A DNA stretch of 64,000 nt from a virus. The position numbers and the translations under genes were made by a program. The number at the start of each line of letters is the position of its first letter. Within the stretch, counting starts at the first letter, position 1. The stretch covers positions 1 through 64,000 of the IMG/VR virus record IMGVR_UViG_3300049432_000151; one strand, 5' to 3'. Below the pieces are notes generated by a model. That model saw nothing but the letters and a program-made list of their open reading frames with translations, had not been told where the DNA came from and did no database searches. Below, piece by piece: positions 43,950 to 53,190 of the stretch.

Positions 43950-44405
43950 ATGAAACGAGCACTCGTCCTCGTCCTGGCACTGGTGTGCCTCTTCACCCTC
44001 ACGTCGTGCGTCGGCAATCCTCCACCGCATTCGGGAGCGACACTCGACGCGCCGGAGCGGATCCTGCTCCCTGCAGCGAAGTCGGCCTGCGCCATCTACA
44101 CGAAAGCGCGGCCGCAGGTTGCCGCATTCAAAGCGTGGGCGACTGTGAACTGGAACGCGACGGTTCCAGGGACGAACACTCCGATCATTGCGGCCGAGAT
44201 GAAAGCGACACTCCTCGAGTTCGACGCATACGTGCCCGCGCTGAAGATCGTAGGCAACGCGTCGTGCTCGGCCAGCCTCGTCGAATACGAGTCAGCACTC
44301 TCTCCTCTTCCATCTGAGCGGCATTTCGATTGGGACCGCGTGCTCAACATCACCGCGAAGGTCGCCGGCGTCGCACTCGACCTCCATCAGCAGGGGGCGT
44401 TCTAG
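43950..44405 (+). CDS. Putative lipoprotein
   Basis: MKRALVLVLALVCLFTLTS-C lipobox-like. Confidence 0.7.
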   Translation: MKRALVLVLALVCLFTLTSCVGNPPPHSGATLDAPERILLPAAKSACAIYTKARPQVAAFKAWATVNWNATVPGTNTPIIAAEMKATLLEFDAYVPALKIVGNASCSASLVEYESALSPLPSERHFDWDRVLNITAKVAGVALDLHQQGAF

Positions 44406-44407
44406 CC

Positions 44408-44758
44408 ATGGCGCTAAAGACAGGTGATAAGGCCACACCGCCTGCCGTGAGCGCGAGCCCAGAATCCGTTGAGACGGCAACGGCAACTGCACCAACTCCC
44501 GGACCGAAGCCGGATGGAATCGTCATCAATCCCGCTCGCGAGAGCCGGAAGCTCACCATCCTGACGATTGAGGAAGGTCCCGAGGTCCTCGCCGAGACGA
44601 CCGTCGACGGTGACGCATCCGCAGTGATTGGCCGTGTACTCGAGGCGGTCAAGAAGCACGGGGTCACCGTCATCCGCGTCTGGCAGCACGGCGAGGGGAA
44701 GCTGATCGCCGAAGCGCTTCGGCAGGTCGCGGGGCTCAAAGTTCTCGAGCTGAAGTGA
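44408..44758 (+). CDS. Hypothetical protein
   Basis: ATG 44408, in the operon. Confidence 0.55.
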   Translation: MALKTGDKATPPAVSASPESVETATATAPTPGPKPDGIVINPARESRKLTILTIEEGPEVLAETTVDGDASAVIGRVLEAVKKHGVTVIRVWQHGEGKLIAEALRQVAGLKVLELK

Positions 44759-44766
44759 GGTACCCC

Positions 44767-46194
44767 ATGAAACGCACTCTCTCAGCGGCGATCGTCGCGG
44801 CAACGCTCGTGGTCTATCCAGCCTGCGCGCAGTTCGACTTTCGCGGCATCGGCACGCACACGATGACCTATCAGGTCTTCAAGAACGCTCCAACGTTGCC
44901 ATCGGTCTCAAAGCTCGGCGAGACGCTCATCGTCATGGACCCGTTGTGCAACTGCCTGAAGATCTCGATGAACGGCACGGCGTTCCAAACGCTCGTTCAG
45001 ACACCGGGCGCGGGCGGTACCGTTCTCAGTGTCTTCGGCCGTGGCGGCGCGGTCGTGGCGAACTTCGGCGACTACACGGGTGCGCAGGTCCAGGCGACGC
45101 CATTCAACACGATTGCCGGTACGAACGTTCAGACGCAGCTGCAGCAGATCGACGCACGGATCACCGCGTCCGCGATCACGACCGTGTTCGGCCGGGCCGG
45201 AGCTGTTGCTGGCCTCGCTGGCGACTACACCGCCGTAAAGATCACCTCGACCGCTTCAGGCTCGATCGGATCCACCGACGTGCAGGCAGCGATTGCTGAG
45301 ATCGCGAGTGAGAAGTTGGACGGCACCGTCGCCAACACCTATACCGCGCTCCAGACCTACAACTCACCAACCGCTGCGGTGAGGATCAAGCCGTCGTCGG
45401 CTCCGGGCGCAAACGCGAAGCTCTTCGAGCTGCGGTCTAACCTCGATGCGTCACTCGCATGGTGGGATGCCGAAGGCGACGAGACCGTCAACAGCAGCTA
45501 CCTCACTTCCGGATCGATCGACACACTCACCGCCCTGACTCTCAAGACTGCGGGCGTCACGCGCGCTACGATCAATTCGACTGGGGCTACGTTCGCAGGC
45601 GTACTGGCGGCGCCGCAGGCAGTCTTTAATTACACGAACGGCGGAGCAGTCATCGGAACCACGATCGTGGTGACGAACGCTCTGGGTAGTAACGGCATCG
45701 GCGTGGACTCTACGGCCACTGCAACTGGCGCAATCGGCTTGAAGGGCACGGCCACCAACACGTCCGGCATCGGTGTCAGCGGTACCTGTTCGGCCGCTGC
45801 GAACTGTATCGGCGTGCGTGCCGAAACTACCAGCACAAACGTGAACGCGACCGCCATCACCGCGGCGGCGGCGCGCGGAACGACTGTGTTCGCTCAAGCG
45901 AATGACGCCCTGAACACCAAGTCGACAATCGTCGCTCGTGACTTCGGTCAGGCAGCGGACACCAAGATGATCGATGCGCAGAGCTCGGGCGGCACTTCGG
46001 TGGGCTGGATTGATCGCGAGGGTGACGCCGGGTTCAAGACGATCACCATCACGGCCACGGCGTTCGCCTCACTTGGGACGCCTACGAACGGGTCGATCTA
46101 CTACTGCAACGACTGCACGATCGCAAACCCGTGTGCGGGCAGCGGGACCGGTGCACTCGCGAAACGCTTGAACGGCGTGTGGGTCTGCAACTGA
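44767..46194 (+). CDS. Signal-peptide fibre-like protein
   Basis: MKRTLSAAIVAATLVVYPACA-Q; 2x VFGR.GAV....GDYT; Cys-rich C-terminus. Confidence 0.75.
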   Translation: MKRTLSAAIVAATLVVYPACAQFDFRGIGTHTMTYQVFKNAPTLPSVSKLGETLIVMDPLCNCLKISMNGTAFQTLVQTPGAGGTVLSVFGRGGAVVANFGDYTGAQVQATPFNTIAGTNVQTQLQQIDARITASAITTVFGRAGAVAGLAGDYTAVKITSTASGSIGSTDVQAAIAEIASEKLDGTVANTYTALQTYNSPTAAVRIKPSSAPGANAKLFELRSNLDASLAWWDAEGDETVNSSYLTSGSIDTLTALTLKTAGVTRATINSTGATFAGVLAAPQAVFNYTNGGAVIGTTIVVTNALGSNGIGVDSTATATGAIGLKGTATNTSGIGVSGTCSAAANCIGVRAETTSTNVNATAITAAAARGTTVFAQANDALNTKSTIVARDFGQAADTKMIDAQSSGGTSVGWIDREGDAGFKTITITATAFASLGTPTNGSIYYCNDCTIANPCAGSGTGALAKRLNGVWVCN

Positions 46195-46244
46195 TCAGGC
46201 CCGTCCCCCGCTCATTCCCACAGATCGACCGTCAAGGAGTTCTG

Positions 46245-49200
46245 ATGATGAAGAGACTCGCAATCGCGGTTCTGCTGATGCTGACGCTGCCCGCGTCCGC
46301 ACAGTACAACCGCCCTTCAACGTCGACATCGACGTACATCTGGGCGTTCAAGCCGACCGCTGTGGCGCCTCCTGTCGCCGAGACTGGCGTGGGTAAGATC
46401 TATCTCGATCCGACCTGCGGCTGCCTGAAGTGGAGTTACAGCGGGTCCGTCTGGGCAAACCTCTACACGCCTGGGCTTGTCTACGTCGCCACCTTCAACG
46501 GCCGGACGCAGGCGGTCGTCCCAGCAAACGGGGACTACACCGCGACACAGGTGACAAACACGCCGGCCGGGGCGGTAGCCGGCACGACGGTGCAGAGCGC
46601 ACTGAATGAACTTGACACTGAGAAGGCGCCGCTCGCCTCGCCTACCTTCACGGGCACCGTTACGGTGCCCTCGCCGTTCACCCTGGGCGCCACGTCGATC
46701 ACGGTCACCGGGACGGAGATCAATCGACTCGCCGGGGTCGCGTCGAACGTTCAGACACAGATCGATGCGAAAGCGCCTCTCGCGTCGCCGGCATTGACCG
46801 GAACGCCATCCGCACCGACAGCAGCGGTGGACACGAACACGACGCAGATCGCAACGACTGCGTACGTCGTCGGTCAGGCGTACCTGAAAAGTGCGACTGC
46901 AGCGTCGACATACGAGACGCAGGCGGCACATGCGGCCGACGTCTCTACGATCAACGCCGCCATCGCGCTGAAGGCGCCACTCGCATCTCCGACGTTCACA
47001 GGAACGGTCACAGCTCCGTCAATCACCGGCGGCATCACGCCCGGCACCGCTTCGACGTCCACGACAATCGCAAAGAGTGGCATCGGCAGCAGCGTCGCCG
47101 TTCAGGTGCAAGCCTCAGCCGCAGCTGACCGAGCGCTGATGTCGCTGTCAGCTGGCGACGGCACGACGTCCGGACGATTCTCCTTCGTTGACTACATTGC
47201 CAACGAGACGACACCTCAGAGGTGGCGCGCGGGTATGAATGGGACGAAGGACTTTGTCGTCCGTGATGAAACGGGGACGCGGACCCCGATCAGCATCGCG
47301 CAGTCAGACGGGACGATCATTCTCACCGCCCCGAGTGCGGCGGCTGTCTTTATGAACACGGGCTACGCGCGGCTGAGGCATGCCGCGGCTGGAAACACGA
47401 CGTTCGACGTTCAATCCAACGGAGCAGCAAACAACGCGTCGATCGGCATCATGAGCGGCGATGGGACAACGTCTAGCCGCTTCGCTGTTGTCAGCTTCGC
47501 TTCCTCTGAGACGGTTCCTCAGTCTTGGGCAACGGGCATGTATTCCAGCAAGAACTGGGTCGTCAGGGACGACACGGCTGGGCGCACACCAATCTCCATC
47601 GCTCAGACCGACGGCCTCGTCTCAATCGCGAACGGCTTGAGCGTCACCTCCGCAAGCGGCAACACCTTCGTAGCGATCACAACGGTCGCCGATGCGGTTG
47701 CTCGAGTCCACGCCAATTCGGCGACTCACGCGGCGCAGGTTGACGTCGTTTCAGGTAACGCAACGACCTCATCTCGAAACTCGTTCATTCGTATTCGGTC
47801 GAGTGAAACAGCGACGCAAGAGTGGCGCATCGGAATGGAGGCTAGCAAGAACTTCTCAATCAACGACACGACGGCGGGTAAGTCGCGCATCGTTTTGCGG
47901 CAGGACGTGCCGGGCCTCGTCGGTATCAATGGCTCACCGTCCGCTGGCACGCTCGATGTTCGACCCGCGGACGGCTCGGTTGCAGCGTCAGTGGCAGCGA
48001 CGGCGCCAAACACAACCGGTGCTGCAACAGTTCGGGTGTCCAGCGGAGACGGTACAACGTCCGCGCGGGCTGCGTACCTCGACGTGGTCTCAAGCGAAAC
48101 GTCGACTCAGCGATGGATCGCGGGCATGAACGGCACTAAGAACTTCGTCGTGACCGACATTACCGGCTCTCGAACGCCGATCAGCGTTGCTCAGACCGAC
48201 GGTGGCGTCACCTTTTCTGCTCGCATCGGAGTCGGCGTCGCGGCGGCGACCGGGTTGGAGCGCATTAAAGGCTACGGCACTGATGCTTCCGAATACCTGA
48301 CCATCGAAAACGCAAGCACGACAGGTGCTTCGATCATGAACTCCGTGGCCGGGAACGGAACGACGTCGAGTCGCAACTCCTACCTCCGCCTTTTTTCGAA
48401 TGAGACGATTACGCAAGAGTGGCGAGCTGGGATGCAGGGCGACAAGACCTACAGAATTCGCAACCAGACCGCATCCCGAGATCAGATGGTGTTTCGCGAC
48501 GATCTCGCGTACGTAGGTATCAATGCCACACCGTCCTATCACCTCGATGTTCAGGACGCGACAGCGAGTGCAACAGTTCGGGTCCGCTCTTCTGCCGCTG
48601 CCACCAATGCGATCTTTCGCGCTGAAGGCGGAAGTGGAACGAGCGTAGCTGGCGTCATTCTCTCGGCGGGCGACGGCACCACCTCTAACCGTAACGCGTA
48701 CACGCAATTCGTAGCCAACGAAACGTCCTCGCAAACGTGGAACGCGGGAATGGTTGGTTCAAAAGATTGGCGCATCTCGGATGCAACGGGTGCGCGCGTT
48801 CCGCTCAGCATCGCGCAGACCGACGGCCTCGTCACGTTCGCTAATGGCCTCGACGCCAGCACGGGTGATCAGCGGGTGAAGGGCTACAAGTTGCAGGCTT
48901 TCACACTGCGCATCGTGAACACGGCCGGGGTGATTCAGCACTCGATCTTCGCCACGTCCACGGCGTTCGCGACCACGATCACTGGAGCCACAGCGACGCT
49001 AGCGAACACACCGACCGTCGACGCGGCGACGCCGTTCGTGTCAGGCGGCGGGCTGATGTCGGGAGCGACTGAGAACTTCGTGTTCGACACAGCTACCGCA
49101 CAGGGAGTCGAGATTATCGGGGTCGCAAGCGTGGAGTTCTATTCCGCTGGCGCGACTGGCACAGCAGCGCCGCCGCTTCCACTCTTTCACTTGCGCAACA

Positions 49201-49337
49201 TCAACGTAAACGGCACCACGATCACGCGACCCGCAATCGGGTTTTACAACTCACTCTCGGCGGCGTGGAATCTCACGACGGCGAACCTCGCAGCCGGCAA
49301 GGAAATCCGGGTCAAATTCCTCGGCTACATCAAATGA
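46245..49337 (+). CDS. Signal-peptide tail-fibre-like protein with six ~100-aa repeats
   Basis: MMKRLAIAVLLMLTLPASA-Q; 3x KAPLASP; 6x G(D/N)xTTSxR...ET..Q.W..GM. Confidence 0.8.
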   Translation: MMKRLAIAVLLMLTLPASAQYNRPSTSTSTYIWAFKPTAVAPPVAETGVGKIYLDPTCGCLKWSYSGSVWANLYTPGLVYVATFNGRTQAVVPANGDYTATQVTNTPAGAVAGTTVQSALNELDTEKAPLASPTFTGTVTVPSPFTLGATSITVTGTEINRLAGVASNVQTQIDAKAPLASPALTGTPSAPTAAVDTNTTQIATTAYVVGQAYLKSATAASTYETQAAHAADVSTINAAIALKAPLASPTFTGTVTAPSITGGITPGTASTSTTIAKSGIGSSVAVQVQASAAADRALMSLSAGDGTTSGRFSFVDYIANETTPQRWRAGMNGTKDFVVRDETGTRTPISIAQSDGTIILTAPSAAAVFMNTGYARLRHAAAGNTTFDVQSNGAANNASIGIMSGDGTTSSRFAVVSFASSETVPQSWATGMYSSKNWVVRDDTAGRTPISIAQTDGLVSIANGLSVTSASGNTFVAITTVADAVARVHANSATHAAQVDVVSGNATTSSRNSFIRIRSSETATQEWRIGMEASKNFSINDTTAGKSRIVLRQDVPGLVGINGSPSAGTLDVRPADGSVAASVAATAPNTTGAATVRVSSGDGTTSARAAYLDVVSSETSTQRWIAGMNGTKNFVVTDITGSRTPISVAQTDGGVTFSARIGVGVAAATGLERIKGYGTDASEYLTIENASTTGASIMNSVAGNGTTSSRNSYLRLFSNETITQEWRAGMQGDKTYRIRNQTASRDQMVFRDDLAYVGINATPSYHLDVQDATASATVRVRSSAAATNAIFRAEGGSGTSVAGVILSAGDGTTSNRNAYTQFVANETSSQTWNAGMVGSKDWRISDATGARVPLSIAQTDGLVTFANGLDASTGDQRVKGYKLQAFTLRIVNTAGVIQHSIFATSTAFATTITGATATLANTPTVDAATPFVSGGGLMSGATENFVFDTATAQGVEIIGVASVEFYSAGATGTAAPPLPLFHLRNINVNGTTITRPAIGFYNSLSAAWNLTTANLAAGKEIRVKFLGYIK

Positions 49338-49747
49338 GCATGCGTAACCGCATCGCCTCTGTCGTCGTGACCATTGGCCTCATCGCGGCCACGCTGGGCA
49401 ACGCGCTACTCCTCGTGAGCTGCGCGAGCGAGCGGACGGTGCGACGCGAGTCCGCGTACCTCCTCGCGGCGACGACCGCTGACATGGAAACGACGTTCGC
49501 CGTAGTACGCCGCGGAGGCGCCGAGGCCAACCCGGTCATGAAGCCCTTTGTAGACCGCGGCAGGCCTGCAACCTACGCGCTGCAGCTCGCGATCGACGGA
49601 GCACTCATCTGGTACGCGATGCGACTGAAAGAACGTGGCGACCCGCGATGGCACTGGCCACTCCGGATCGTCGCATTCGGCCATCTCGGCGCAGCAACTT
49701 GGAACGCGACACAGATCCGCAAAGCGGAGAAGGATAAAGATCGATGA
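49334..49747 (+). CDS. DUF5658-like membrane protein / lipoprotein
   Basis: LLVS-C; ADMETT...GGAEANPVM. Confidence 0.6.
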   Translation: MSMRNRIASVVVTIGLIAATLGNALLLVSCASERTVRRESAYLLAATTADMETTFAVVRRGGAEANPVMKPFVDRGRPATYALQLAIDGALIWYAMRLKERGDPRWHWPLRIVAFGHLGAATWNATQIRKAEKDKDR

Positions 49748-50175
49748 AACGATTCACTCTCGCAGCACTCCTCCTGCTCGTCTCGCTCTCAGCATTCGGC
49801 GACGGCAAGGTCGTCACGCCTGCGCCGGAGGATCCGGTCGAGGCATGGCGCTTCCTCGACGTTCGCAACGCGATCGCTGATCCGGCCGCGCCTGTGGCCA
49901 TCATCGAGGTGGGCTACTTCACAAAGTCGGGTAAGTTTCATCACGCCTCGACGGTGAACCTGCAGGGCCCGGCGTATCACCAGTTCCTCGGCGCGATCGT
50001 CACCGTGGCCGATGCCGCCTACGAAGCGACCCTGACCATGATGGTGACCAAGGCCGACGGAACGACGGTGACCGTCCCCGACACTCAGTCGATCTTCCGC
50101 TTCCGCATCGCGAAATACCTTCTCGCTATCGGCGAGCTGCCCGCCAGCGTCACCGCCGAGAAGCTCCCGAAGTAA
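49744..50175 (+). CDS. Secreted hypothetical protein
   Basis: MKRFTLAALLLLVSLSAFG signal peptide. Confidence 0.7.
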   Translation: MKRFTLAALLLLVSLSAFGDGKVVTPAPEDPVEAWRFLDVRNAIADPAAPVAIIEVGYFTKSGKFHHASTVNLQGPAYHQFLGAIVTVADAAYEATLTMMVTKADGTTVTVPDTQSIFRFRIAKYLLAIGELPASVTAEKLPK

Positions 50176-50184
50176 GGAACTGAC

Positions 50185-50748
50185 ATGCTCGTCACTCCCG
50201 AAGAGGCGGCCTCCTTCATCGGAGGCGAAGCGAACGCCCAAGATCCGACTCTCGTGCGCCTGACGGCAGCCGTCTGCTCCGCCGTACAGAAATCGTGTGG
50301 CCGCTTCTTCGAGTACGCCGAGAGAACCGACTACGTGCGCGGCTTCGGGCTCGACTACGTCTTTCTCACGGACGCGCCGATCGCCGAGATTGTCGAGGTG
50401 CGCATTGATCCGACCGGCTTGTTCGCCGGCGGGACCGTGCCGATCGATCAATTCTTCTTCCGTCCGGGAGAGGATGACCGCCGGCTTTGGTGGCGAAACG
50501 GTAAGTTTCCCGAAGCCGACATCGTAGCGCGCGTCACTCGGCGCGCGGGGTATCAGGTAACCGGCGACACCCAGCCACAGCTGCCCGCCGACATCAAGAC
50601 GGTCATCCTCGATGAGATCGCGGCGCGGATACAGCGTGGTTCGGCCGAGGTGATGAAGTCGGAGACGATCGGCAGCTACAGCTACACCAGATTTGACGGT
50701 GCGTTCAATCCTCAGAACCTCGCGTGGCTGCGCCCTTACCGGCTATGA
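50185..50748 (+). CDS. Head-tail adaptor (gp6/gp15-like)
   Basis: LVTPEEA..FI, CGRFF, AGY...LPADIK, SETIGSYSY, LRPYR. Confidence 0.85.
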   Translation: MLVTPEEAASFIGGEANAQDPTLVRLTAAVCSAVQKSCGRFFEYAERTDYVRGFGLDYVFLTDAPIAEIVEVRIDPTGLFAGGTVPIDQFFFRPGEDDRRLWWRNGKFPEADIVARVTRRAGYQVTGDTQPQLPADIKTVILDEIAARIQRGSAEVMKSETIGSYSYTRFDGAFNPQNLAWLRPYRL

Positions 50749-51065
50749 ACAATCTCCTTCGGCACCGCTGCGCGATCGAACGACGGGACGCAGTCCAGGC
50801 TAGCGCCTCCGGCGAAACCATTCAGAACTGGCAGACGATCGCGGATGGCGTTCCGTGCCTACTCGATGCGAAGGGCGGCTCCGCGCGGCAAGGCGAGTAC
50901 GGTCGTACGACGCCCGTCAACTTCGTCGGCTTCTTCCGGTGGATGACCGATCTCCAGGTGGACGATCGCATCGTGGTGAACGATCAACGCTACGCCGTCA
51001 CCTTTCTCGCGGACCGTAGCGGGCACCACATCGAGGCGGACCTAGCGCTCGTAATCGCACCGTGA
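50745..51065 (+). CDS. Head closure protein
   Basis: HRCAIER...WQTIA..VPC, DRIVV...Y.V. Confidence 0.75.
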   Translation: MNNLLRHRCAIERRDAVQASASGETIQNWQTIADGVPCLLDAKGGSARQGEYGRTTPVNFVGFFRWMTDLQVDDRIVVNDQRYAVTFLADRSGHHIEADLALVIAP

Positions 51066-51472
51066 GCGTCGAGTGGGATCCGAAATTTGATGCGCAGCTC
51101 GATGACGTCATCCGGAAGAAGCTCACGAACATCGTCCGTCGAATAGCGCGAAAGGTTGACGACCTGTTTCGATTGCCGAAGTCGGGCCGCTTCTACGGTA
51201 AGCATCAAGCCTCCGCACCAGGCGAGGCTCCGGGCATTGAGACGGCCGCGCTGCGAAAAAGCGTGACAACGTCCGTACAGAAAGTGGGCGACTCCTGGGC
51301 GGGAGACGTCGGCCCCTCACTGCAATCAGGTCGGGCGGAGATCGCCAGCATGCTGGAGTTCGGAACGTCGAACATCGAGCCCCGACCAGCCTGGCGGCCG
51401 GCACTTGAAGCGGTCATCGCTGAAGAAGAGCGAGTTGGCAGCAACACAGTCACAATCACAACGGAGGCCTGA
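51062..51472 (+). CDS. HK97 gp10-like tail component
   Basis: HQASAPGEAP..ET..LR.S, LEFGTSNIEPRP.WRPA. Confidence 0.85.
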   Translation: MSVEWDPKFDAQLDDVIRKKLTNIVRRIARKVDDLFRLPKSGRFYGKHQASAPGEAPGIETAALRKSVTTSVQKVGDSWAGDVGPSLQSGRAEIASMLEFGTSNIEPRPAWRPALEAVIAEEERVGSNTVTITTEA

Positions 51473-51885
51473 TGCAGAGTGTCAAGCAGAGTCTCCGCGC
51501 GCGAGCGATCGCGGACGCGACGCTCGTTGCCGCGTTGGGTGGGCAGTACTTCTATCACCGCAATCCCGCAACGTCGCTCAGTCAGCTGCTGACCGATGCG
51601 ACCAAAGCGGTCGTGACGTACTGGCTCGTCGTCGGAACGCCGGATGAGGAACTGCCGAGGTCCGACGAGTTGTATCAGATGGACATTTGGTCGAAGACCG
51701 CAGACAAGAACGACGCGGTCGCGGAGCTGCTCGTTGCACGCTTCGATCAGAAGCCGCTCGCTATGACAGGCCGCCGGCTCGGCCGCATCGTGCACGTCGC
51801 TCCAGTGCTCGAGTTCTATGAGCCCGAGACCGAGCTTCACCACAAAGCGATTCAGTTTCGAATCATCAGCTACGCCGCATCGTAA
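51472..51885 (+). CDS. Tail terminator protein
   Basis: LVAALGG, YQMDIWS; position before the tail tube gene. Confidence 0.7.
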   Translation: MQSVKQSLRARAIADATLVAALGGQYFYHRNPATSLSQLLTDATKAVVTYWLVVGTPDEELPRSDELYQMDIWSKTADKNDAVAELLVARFDQKPLAMTGRRLGRIVHVAPVLEFYEPETELHHKAIQFRIISYAAS

Positions 51886-51946
51886 CCAACTTTCGGCCGT
51901 TCGGCCGGCTCACCACCAATCTCAAACCGCATAGAAGGAGATCACC

Positions 51947-52513
51947 ATGGGTGACGTAGCGAAACTTTTCAACGGGCCGGTGCAGATGCTTATCGACATC
52001 GCCGGCTCGCTCGCCGACATCGGCTTCACGAAGGGCGGCCTGAAGATCGATGTGACGCCGAAGGTGCAGGCGTTCACCGTTGATCAGCAGGGCGACACTG
52101 AAGTGAAGCGCGTGCTCAAAGGTGTCGACGTGAAGGTGATGTTCTCCTGCGCCGAGTACACGCTCGACAATCTGAAGCGTGCGCTGGTCAATGGCATCAC
52201 CCTTCAAGACGACGTTACGGCCACGAAGAAGAAGCTGTCCATCCGTCCTCTCGCTGGAAAGTCGTTGGCGGGGACGAAGTGGGTCTTTAAGCCGATCGAT
52301 CCGCTGACCGGCGTCGGCAGCATCGATGCGAACACGTGGGTCACGGTGCCGAAAGGCGTTCCGGATGAATCCACTGTGTCGCTCCTTCTGTCTCCGGACG
52401 ACCTGACGCTGATCCCGATCACGCTCGACTGTCTCCCGGATAGCGCGAACAAAGATGAGGTCATCTTCTTCGGCGACGGCTCCGTCGTCGACGCGAACGA
52501 GTCCGGCTTCTAA
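51947..52513 (+). CDS. Major tail tube protein
   Basis: DIGFTKGG, VDQQG, AEYTLDNL; strong SD. Confidence 0.8.
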   Translation: MGDVAKLFNGPVQMLIDIAGSLADIGFTKGGLKIDVTPKVQAFTVDQQGDTEVKRVLKGVDVKVMFSCAEYTLDNLKRALVNGITLQDDVTATKKKLSIRPLAGKSLAGTKWVFKPIDPLTGVGSIDANTWVTVPKGVPDESTVSLLLSPDDLTLIPITLDCLPDSANKDEVIFFGDGSVVDANESGF

Positions 52514-52553
52514 ACGAAAGGACGGGGAGGCTTGCCCTCCCCGCCTCAATTCA

Positions 52554-52904
52554 ATGTCAGAAACGAAACCGACCGAAGTTATCGATGCGGACGCGTTCGA
52601 TCCGCTCCCGACCCGCCAGGTCAAAATCGGCAGCAGCGCGTACGGCGCTCTCTCGGTCCTCGACGTGGACCAGCTGACGCTCATGAAGCTGAAGCGATTC
52701 GATGACCACCTGAAGCTGCTCGAGCTGAATGAGCAGATCGCGTTCATCTCCGGCCTGATCATGAAGTTCGTTCCGACGCTGCCGTCCGAAGTCCTTTCCG
52801 ACTGGCCTGCGAACAAGCTGATCTGGCTCCTCGGCAAGGTGACGGCTCCGCCCAAAGGCGAGGTGGCCGACCCTTTAGCGATGAGCCCAGCCGCATCGAA
52901 TTAG
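52554..52904 (+). CDS. Tail assembly chaperone (gpG-like)
   Basis: Between tube and tape measure genes; slippery C CCT TTA near its end. Confidence 0.75.
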   Translation: MSETKPTEVIDADAFDPLPTRQVKIGSSAYGALSVLDVDQLTLMKLKRFDDHLKLLELNEQIAFISGLIMKFVPTLPSEVLSDWPANKLIWLLGKVTAPPKGEVADPLAMSPAASN

Positions 52905-53182
52905 CGCAGCAGTTTGCGGCTCTCGCTGCGTTCTACGGCTGGGATCACGATTCGATGATGGGACTGTCGTCGCGTCAGGTGCAGGCGTATCACCGGCAGA
53001 TCGGCCGCCTCCGAGCCGCGAACGACATGCGTCTGCTGAGGATCATCCGAGCGCCTCATCTGAAGCCGGACGCGCAGAACGATCTGTGGCGTGAGCTGCA
53101 GCAGGAAGCGCGCGGCACCCCTGAGAAGACGATCACAGTTTCCAACAACGAAGAACTGAAGCATCTGCTACGCAGACAGTGA
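52871..53182 (+). CDS. Tail assembly chaperone -1 frameshift extension (gpGT-like)
   Basis: The -1 frame is open from CCCTTTA (52871-52877): SDEPSRIELAQQFAALAAFYGWDHDSMMGL... Confidence 0.72.
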   Translation, partial: PFSDEPSRIELAQQFAALAAFYGWDHDSMMGLSSRQVQAYHRQIGRLRAANDMRLLRIIRAPHLKPDAQNDLWRELQQEARGTPEKTITVSNNEELKHLLRRQ

Positions 53183-53190
53183 GGTAATCG

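Noticed and set aside
51866-52855. 329-aa minus-strand ORF
   Set aside because: Antisense to the tail tube and chaperone genes.
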